DNA from: a virus
Lineage: Duplodnaviria > Caudoviricetes
Length of the DNA stretch: 50,180 nt
Strand: one strand, 5' to 3'
IMG/VR virus record: IMGVR_UViG_3300012899_000001
Location: 1 to 50,180 of that record
Part shown: piece by piece, positions 44,017-50,180 of the stretch
How positions within the stretch are numbered: the first letter of the stretch is position 1
Layout of the letters: the number at the start of each line of letters is the position of its first letter
The notes under the pieces: model-generated
The model's input: only the letters and a program-made list of their open reading frames with translations
Databases searched by the model: none
What the model was told of the DNA's origin: nothing
Made by a program: the position numbers and the translations under genes

Positions 44017-46428
44017 GTGCGCGACACCTTCCACGACCTCGAGACGTTCAGCCGCGTCAACCTGAAGACCGAGGGCTCGCACAAGTACGCGCGTGCCTGC
44101 GAGGTAATGATCTGGGCGTTTGCCGATGGCGACGGCACCATCTACGTGTGGGATCGGGTCCACGACGAGCTGTGGTGGGAAGACGAGCTCAGCGGCGTAT
44201 GGGAGATGCGACCTATCCACTGGGGTGGCGATGTTCCCGGCGAGCTGATGGACTTGCTCCAGGACCAGGAGACGCTCATCTGGTTTCACAACGGCGGCCA
44301 GTTCGACTTCCCTGTCATCGACAACCAGATGCCGTACATGACGGATCTGATCCCGCCACGCCGCCGTCGCGACACGATGGTGCTGGCGTTCGCGCACGCG
44401 CTGCCCGGCGCGCTCGAGAAGCTCGGCGACATCCTCGGGATGGCCGAGGACAAGAAGAAGATGAAGGACGGCAAGGCGCTGGTGCGCTTGTTCTGCATCC
44501 CGCAGAACGAAGCCTTCGTCGCGAAGTTCGGCACCGACCGCGCGACGCGCGACACGCACCCCGCGGAGTGGATGCGTTTCATCCAGTACGCCGGCGGCGA
44601 CATCACGACGATGCGCGAGGCCCGTCGCAAGCTACCGCAGTGGAACTACCACACCCCCAAGCAGGTCGAGCGCGTCCTGATCGACTGGCGCATCAACGCG
44701 CGCGGCTTCCAGGTGGACACCGAGCTGGCGCAGGCCGCGGTGACGGGGTCGGAGAAGGCGAAGGCCGTGATGGCCAAGCGCACGAAGGAGATCACCAACG
44801 ACGAGGTGGCGTCGACGACGCAGCGCGACGTGCTGCTCGCCTACATCCTGGCGGCGCACGGCGTGGAGCTGCCGGACATGCGCGCCGACACGCTGGAGCG
44901 CCGCGTCGACGACCCCGACCTGCCGGACGCGGTGCGCGAGCTGCTGAAGATCCGGCTGCAGGCGTCGATGAACTCGGTGTCGAAGTTCAAGACGTTGCTG
45001 CGCATGGTGTGCGACGACGGTCGCATGCGCGGCTGCATGCAGATCTACGGCGCCGGCCGCACCGGTCGGTGGGCGCACCGCGGCTTCCAACCGGGGAACC
45101 TGCCCAGACCTGCGTTCCCTCACAAACTGATCGAGTTCGCGATCGACGCACTGAAGCTGGACGATGTCGAGGTCATCGACCTGGTGCTCGGCAACATCAT
45201 GGCCGCGATCAGCAGCTCGATCCGCGGCGCGATCGTCGCGCCACCAGGCAAGAAGCTGGTCATTGCCGACTTGGCCAACATCGAAGGGCGCGTCGCCGCG
45301 TGGCTGGCCGGCGAGAACTGGAAGATCCAGGCGTTCCGCGACTACGACACCATCATCGGCGAAGACGAGAAGGGCAAGCCGATCCGCAAGGGCCACGACC
45401 TCTACATCCTGTCGTACGCCAACTCGTTCAACGTGCTGCCAGAGAGCGTGCCACCGAAAGGCGACGAACGCCAGATCGGCAAGGTCGAGGAACTCATGTT
45501 CCAGTACGGTGGTGGCGTCGGCGCCTGGCTGACTGGGGCGGCCACCTACGGTATCAAGCTGGACGAGATGACCGAGCAGGTCTACGAGACCATTCCACGC
45601 TGGGCGCTGGACGAAGCCGAGAATTTCTGGGTGTGGACTCGCGACAAGGTCGAGGAGAAGTTCAAGAAGCGGCTCGAAAAGCTGGCTCTGCGGCGCGAGC
45701 AAGGACCAGACGCTCCTGACTTCGTACCGATGCCAACGTTGGAACAGCACCTTGCTGACTGCGACGCCGAACTCGTGACCCTCAACGAACAGATCGAGAC
45801 CGAGAAAAATAAAGCGACGTTCAATCTCACGAAGAAGGTCTTCACCACGTGCGATGCGATCAAGCGGCTGTGGCGCAAGGCACATCCAGAGATCAGCTCG
45901 TACTGGGACGAGATCGAATACGCTGTGCGCTTTGCGATCACCAACCCAGGCGTGACGGTGAAGTGCCGCAAGCTGAAGGTGCGACGCAAAGGCGGCTGGC
46001 TGCGCGTTGGTCTGCCGTCGGGGCGTTGCTTGTGCTACCCCGAGCCGCGTATCGAACCCGCGAAGATCCCGTCGGAGCGCGACCCGTCGAAAATGGTCGC
46101 CAATCCGCACGCGGGCAAGATTTCGTTTGTCGGTCCGAACGTATACACCCGGCAGTGGGGTCGCGTGTACACGCACGGCTCGAAGGTTTTCGAGAACGTG
46201 GTGCAGGCCGTCGCCTGCGACCAGCTTGCCGAGTGCTTCCCGATGATCGAGGACTTCGGCTACGAGATCGTGCTGCACGTGCACGACGAGGACGTGACCG
46301 AGTGCGCCAACGATCCGAAGTTCAACGCCGAGCACCTGGGCCAACTCATGTGCAGCAGTTTGGGTTGGAATGAAGGTTTGCCACTCGCGGCCGCTGGCTT
46401 CGAGGACATCCGATATCGCAAGGAGTAA
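44017..46428 (+). CDS. family A DNA polymerase with 3'-5' exonuclease
   Basis: DLETFS, HNGGQFD, YAGGD exo motifs; TGRWAH, DLANIEGR (A), RQIGKVEELMFQYG (B), HVHDE (C); GTG start inferred. Confidence 0.92.
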   Translation: MRDTFHDLETFSRVNLKTEGSHKYARACEVMIWAFADGDGTIYVWDRVHDELWWEDELSGVWEMRPIHWGGDVPGELMDLLQDQETLIWFHNGGQFDFPVIDNQMPYMTDLIPPRRRRDTMVLAFAHALPGALEKLGDILGMAEDKKKMKDGKALVRLFCIPQNEAFVAKFGTDRATRDTHPAEWMRFIQYAGGDITTMREARRKLPQWNYHTPKQVERVLIDWRINARGFQVDTELAQAAVTGSEKAKAVMAKRTKEITNDEVASTTQRDVLLAYILAAHGVELPDMRADTLERRVDDPDLPDAVRELLKIRLQASMNSVSKFKTLLRMVCDDGRMRGCMQIYGAGRTGRWAHRGFQPGNLPRPAFPHKLIEFAIDALKLDDVEVIDLVLGNIMAAISSSIRGAIVAPPGKKLVIADLANIEGRVAAWLAGENWKIQAFRDYDTIIGEDEKGKPIRKGHDLYILSYANSFNVLPESVPPKGDERQIGKVEELMFQYGGGVGAWLTGAATYGIKLDEMTEQVYETIPRWALDEAENFWVWTRDKVEEKFKKRLEKLALRREQGPDAPDFVPMPTLEQHLADCDAELVTLNEQIETEKNKATFNLTKKVFTTCDAIKRLWRKAHPEISSYWDEIEYAVRFAITNPGVTVKCRKLKVRRKGGWLRVGLPSGRCLCYPEPRIEPAKIPSERDPSKMVANPHAGKISFVGPNVYTRQWGRVYTHGSKVFENVVQAVACDQLAECFPMIEDFGYEIVLHVHDEDVTECANDPKFNAEHLGQLMCSSLGWNEGLPLAAAGFEDIRYRKE

Positions 46429-46431
46429 ACG

Positions 46432-46593
46432 ATGAATGCTTTTCTCTGGGCCGCGGCAATTCTCTGCACGTTGTCCGTGCTTGGTGAATTCGTGAAAGCG
46501 TGGAACGGCAGTGGTGCATCGTGGATTGAGACCGCGAACGCCAGCGTCAACGCGGGCATGGCCGTTTGGGCCTTGTGCCTGCTGTTCAAGTGA
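46432..46593 (+). CDS. small 2-TM membrane protein (53 aa)
   Basis: AAGGAG RBS; MNAFLWAAAILC... Confidence 0.55.
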   Translation: MNAFLWAAAILCTLSVLGEFVKAWNGSGASWIETANASVNAGMAVWALCLLFK

Positions 46594-46600
46594 GGCCACC

Positions 46601-46888
46601 ATGCCCACACCCATCTGCAAGATCGCACAGGTGACGGGTGAAGTTCCGCTCGAATGCCTGTTCGCGTGCCACAACAACTGCGTCGAGGAGCACAAGATGC
46701 AACACCCCGAAGATCACGAACCCAGCGACCGCATCACGTGCCGTCGCTGCGGTGAGACCGGCTTGCACTGGCAGTCGATCATCCGCTCGGACGGCGTGCC
46801 CAGCCACGCGCTGTTCAACGAGCGCAACCGCAAGCACGTCTGCGACGAGAACGGCCCGGACGCCGACGGCTTCGAGGTTGAGGGGTAG
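46601..46888 (+). CDS. Cys/His-rich Zn-binding protein
   Basis: GAGG RBS; TCRRCG...HVC. Confidence 0.55.
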   Translation: MPTPICKIAQVTGEVPLECLFACHNNCVEEHKMQHPEDHEPSDRITCRRCGETGLHWQSIIRSDGVPSHALFNERNRKHVCDENGPDADGFEVEG

Positions 46889-46945
46889 CCACCCTGTGCA
46901 TCACGTGCTACATTTCCTTCCCCGCAACAACTGACGAGGCACGAA

Positions 46946-47242
46946 ATGGAATCATCGCGCAAGTACCCGCGTAGCCTGGAGCAGGCATTCGGCCCGTACA
47001 CAGCACGCCGCATCGATGTCGAACCGCCGCGCTCGTCGCTGCGTGCGTGGGCTGTGTACCTGGCGATTTTCGCGCTGGCCATCGCCGGTGCGATGCTGGC
47101 GGGGTGTGGAGTTCGCGAGGACGTACTCTCACCGGCGCCTCCGATGAAAGGCGTTCGTTCGTTCGGACCGGATGAACACGGCGTTGTCTGCTACCAACCG
47201 TTCTACAACGGTGCTTCAATCAGCTGCGTCAAGGTGAAGTAG
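46946..47242 (+). CDS. hypothetical membrane/lipoprotein-like protein
   Basis: YPRSLEQAFGPY, TM helix, LAGC lipobox-like, GVVCY...ISCVK. Confidence 0.55.
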   Translation: MESSRKYPRSLEQAFGPYTARRIDVEPPRSSLRAWAVYLAIFALAIAGAMLAGCGVREDVLSPAPPMKGVRSFGPDEHGVVCYQPFYNGASISCVKVK

Positions 47243-47500
47243 GTGAAGTGCACCAAGTGCGGCGGCCCGACCCTGGTCACCCAGGTGCGCGCCGACAGTG
47301 GCCGCCGGCGGCGCGACTGCCGCTGGTGTCGCCACGTCTTCCACACCCAGGAGGTCGAGGTCGAAGCCTTCGAGCATGGCGGCGCGCGCCGTGGTGATTC
47401 GTACCGCAAGCAGGCCGCCGGCCTCGGTCCCAACGGCCCGTCGATCATCGACGACGCGAAGTCCACGATGGCCGAGAACTTCCTGCAGTCGAAGCCATGA
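47243..47500 (+). CDS. NrdR-N-like Zn-ribbon protein
   Basis: KCTKCG...RRRRDCRWCRHVFHTQE. Confidence 0.65.
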   Translation: MKCTKCGGPTLVTQVRADSGRRRRDCRWCRHVFHTQEVEVEAFEHGGARRGDSYRKQAAGLGPNGPSIIDDAKSTMAENFLQSKP

Positions 47501-47877
47501 AGTACGACAGCCTCTTCACGCGCCTGATCGCGAACACCGCCGAGCCCGAGAACGACCAGGCATGCTGGCTGTGGACGGGTAAGACCGATCGCAAGGGCTA
47601 CGGCTTCATCACGAAGCGCGTGCCGGGCAAGCGGTCGCCGGCGAACCGGCGCGCACACCGCGAGATGGAAGAGCTGATGCGCGGGCAGTACAACGAGTTC
47701 GATCTGGACGACGATCCGCTCGGTCCGATCATGCTGGTCGAGCGGCCGGCGTTGGACCCTGACGACGAGACCATCGACCACCTGTGCTACACGCCCGGCT
47801 GCATCCACCCCGACCATCATAGGCCGCTTACCCGGGTCGAGAACACGAACGAGCGCAACGAGAGATACCGTGCCTGA
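47497..47877 (+). CDS. HNH-family endonuclease
   Basis: CWLWTG..KGYG, AHR, IDHLC...CIHPDH...EN. Confidence 0.8.
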   Translation: MKYDSLFTRLIANTAEPENDQACWLWTGKTDRKGYGFITKRVPGKRSPANRRAHREMEELMRGQYNEFDLDDDPLGPIMLVERPALDPDDETIDHLCYTPGCIHPDHHRPLTRVENTNERNERYRA

Positions 47878-48178
47878 ACGCGACATCCGAGCCGAGCTCA
47901 AGCGTCGCGTCGAGGCGCTTGGCGGCGAGCAGCGCGCCGTCGCCTACCTGGGCCGCTCGCACTGCCCCGACGTGCTGGTGCTGGCGCCGCTGGGCTCGCT
48001 GCTCGCGGCGTACCTGATCGGCGACCACAACGGCGCGCACGTGCTGATCGAGACGAAAGCGCCGGGTGGTGTGCCCAACGACGGTCAGCTGCGCGAGCAC
48101 GTGCGCCTGCGCGCCGCCGGTTTCGTGGTGCTGGTCATCAGCACCTGGTCCCAACTTGATGCATGGATTCCTGAATGA
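47870..48178 (+). CDS. VRR-NUC domain nuclease
   Basis: PDVLV...IETKAPGG...Q...LRAAGF; precedes SNF2. Confidence 0.8.
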   Translation: MPERDIRAELKRRVEALGGEQRAVAYLGRSHCPDVLVLAPLGSLLAAYLIGDHNGAHVLIETKAPGGVPNDGQLREHVRLRAAGFVVLVISTWSQLDAWIPE

Positions 48179-48465
48179 CACCTGAACAACTGGAGACCGA
48201 GGCCGAGCTGCTGTACCTCGAGCAACGCCCAAGCAGGGATCCGTCACTGTGTTGGTGCTGTGGGCAGTCGACGCTGAACGCCACCCGGATCGACCTCGTG
48301 CGCTGCATGGAAGGCGCGCAACGGACCGCGCACAAGCAGTGCGCGGTCAAGTATGGCCAGAACCAGCGCATGCCGATGGGTCCGCGGTGGGCTGAGGTCA
48401 GCCACATCGGGAAGGCGATGTGGCGCGCTCGCGTCGCGGGCGGTGAACTTGCGAAGCTGTTCTGA
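48175..48465 (+). CDS. hypothetical Cys-containing protein
   Basis: CWCC...HKQC; ATGA overlap. Confidence 0.55.
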   Translation: MTPEQLETEAELLYLEQRPSRDPSLCWCCGQSTLNATRIDLVRCMEGAQRTAHKQCAVKYGQNQRMPMGPRWAEVSHIGKAMWRARVAGGELAKLF

Positions 48466-48622
48466 TGAAACGCGCTCGCATGCAGCTTCGGGCCTGGCGC
48501 CCATACTGGCGTCACATGTTTAGCCGGTTCAAACTCCGCGGTCGTTGGGTGACGTGGTGTTTCGCTGGTCGATGGGGTTGGTTCCGAGTCGGTGGGCTCA
48601 TCGTGCGGTGGGAGCGTTTGCG

Positions 48623-50158
48623 GTGAGGGACTTCGAGCCCCGACCGCACCAGTGGATCATGATCCGGTTCATGCTCCACGTCGCGCGTTGCGCCGTCTGG
48701 TGCTTCATGGGCGGCGGCAAGACATCGGCCGTGTTGTTCATCTTCGACGCGTTCCTGCTGGCCGGCCTGATGAAGAAGGCACTGGTGCTGGCGCCGCTGC
48801 GTGTCGCCCGCGACACCTGGCCGAACGAGGCGAAGAAGTGGCGGCAGTTCGCCGGCATGCGCATCGCATTCCTGGAGTGGACGCCCGCCGAGCGCGAGTT
48901 CCTGCGTGCGCGCGGCAACTATCTGAAATTGCTCAAGCGTGACGAGAAGTGCAAGGAGGACGCGACGAAGGCGGCCAAGGCGCTCGCACTCACGTTGCGG
49001 CCGGCGGCGGTTGCTGCACGGCTGAAGGTGCTCGAGACGGTTGACATCCAGTGCGTGAACTACGACTTGGTGCAGCAGCTCACCGCGATCTTCAGCGACG
49101 AGTGGCCGTGGGATATGGTCGTGGCCGACGAGTCGACGCGGCTCAAGGGCCTGCGCATCAAGCAAGGCGCCAAACGCGCGAACAAGCTGTCGAAGATCGC
49201 GTTCAGCCACGTCGGCCGCTGGATCAATCTCACCGGCACGCCGTCGCCCAACGGGCTCGTCGATCTGTGGGGGCAGACATGGTTCCTCGACGCCGGGCAT
49301 CGCTTGGGCAAGTCCTTCGACGCGTTCCAGAATCGGTGGTTCGGCTACAAGCGCGTGAAAGACGCAGTGAGTCCAGGGAAGGTGTACGTGGAGCGCATCG
49401 TGTTCCCGCACTCGCAAACCGAGATCGAGGGCCTGCTGAAGGATGTCTGCCTGAGTCTGAACCCGAAGGACTGGTTCGACTTGAAGGAGCCGATCGTGCG
49501 CACCATCGAGGTCGAGTTGCCGGAGAAGGCCCGCAAGCACTACCGCGAGATGGAGAAGAAGATGTACACCGAGATCCAGAATCTCGGCGTCGAAGCGTTC
49601 GGTGCCGCGGCCAAGACGATGAAGTGCTTGCAACTCGCGAACGGCTTCATCTACACCAACAACGAAGAGACGAAGTGGGTCGAGGTGCACGACGAGAAGC
49701 TTGACGCGCTGGAGTCGATCGTCGAGGAAGCGAGCGGCATGCCGGTGCTGGTGGCGTATCAGTTCAAGCCGGATCTCGTGAGGCTGAAGAAGCGGTTCCC
49801 TGACGGCCTGGACCTGTCGACGAAAGAAGGCATGCGTCGAGCGATGGCCGGTGAGGGACGCCTGTGGTTCGGCCACGCAGCAAGCATGGGACATGGCGTC
49901 GACGGGCTGCAGTACCACAGCAACATCATGGTGTACTTCGCCCACTGGTGGGACTTCGAGCAGCGGCTGCAGATCGTCGAACGCATCGGCCCGATGCGCC
50001 AACTGCAGGCCGGGTTCGACCGCCCTTTCTTCGTCTACAACATCGTCGCGCGCCGCACCGTCGACGAGACTGTTCTCAAGCGCATCGACACGAAGCGGTC
50101 GGTGCAGGATCTTTTGTTGGAAGCCATGAAAGGAACTGAACATGCCGACCTTGTATGA
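48623..50158 (+). CDS. SNF2-family helicase
   Basis: MGGGKT, APLRVA, VADES, LTGTP, GHGVDGLQ, ERIG motifs; GTG start inferred. Confidence 0.9.
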   Translation: MRDFEPRPHQWIMIRFMLHVARCAVWCFMGGGKTSAVLFIFDAFLLAGLMKKALVLAPLRVARDTWPNEAKKWRQFAGMRIAFLEWTPAEREFLRARGNYLKLLKRDEKCKEDATKAAKALALTLRPAAVAARLKVLETVDIQCVNYDLVQQLTAIFSDEWPWDMVVADESTRLKGLRIKQGAKRANKLSKIAFSHVGRWINLTGTPSPNGLVDLWGQTWFLDAGHRLGKSFDAFQNRWFGYKRVKDAVSPGKVYVERIVFPHSQTEIEGLLKDVCLSLNPKDWFDLKEPIVRTIEVELPEKARKHYREMEKKMYTEIQNLGVEAFGAAAKTMKCLQLANGFIYTNNEETKWVEVHDEKLDALESIVEEASGMPVLVAYQFKPDLVRLKKRFPDGLDLSTKEGMRRAMAGEGRLWFGHAASMGHGVDGLQYHSNIMVYFAHWWDFEQRLQIVERIGPMRQLQAGFDRPFFVYNIVARRTVDETVLKRIDTKRSVQDLLLEAMKGTEHADLV

Positions 50159-50180
50159 GAACTTGATCTTGTTCATGATC

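Noticed and set aside
46946-47242. o-spanin call for the LAGC-containing ORF
   Set aside because: The lipobox lies ~50 residues in, the gene is far from the lysis cassette, and no i-spanin partner is evident
47497-47877. HNH gene as part of a group I intron or intein
   Set aside because: Free-standing, overlaps intact neighbours, and interrupts no gene
1-50180. Stop-codon reassignment or terminal repeat at window ends
   Set aside because: Core genes are intact under code 11 with all three stops used; the two window ends share no visible repeat

Overview
High-GC dsDNA tailed-phage DNA (podovirus-type architecture, APSE/BPP-1/BcepC6B-like replication module, likely proteobacterial host), probably most of one genome. 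The minus strand (375-26187) carries lysis genes, ejection/internal virion proteins including a 1732-aa LPD38-type polyvalent protein, tail proteins, adaptors, capsid, scaffold, portal and terminases. Between terL and the portal lies a compact ncRNA array: tRNA-Met(CAU), a D-arm-reduced tRNA-Ala-like RNA, a 29-bp-stem hairpin RNA, a C4-like antisense RNA and tRNA-Pro(UGG). Next come a small early operon with an acidic ArdA-like protein, a putative origin, an AEP-PriCT2-VapE primase, and a C5 methyltransferase with a second nested ORF in another frame. After many small accessory genes and a divergent promoter pair with a Cro-like gene, the plus-strand replication operon follows: split DUF2800 nuclease, DUF2815 SSB, PolA, HNH, VRR-NUC and SNF2 helicase. 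No integrase, CI repressor, CRISPR array or reverse transcriptase was seen. The best candidates for novelty are the interlocking RNA array, the twin terminator/anti-terminator elements, the split Cas4-like nuclease, the shared acidic C-terminal tags and the dual-frame methyltransferase. All family calls come from motif recognition by eye, not database searches.
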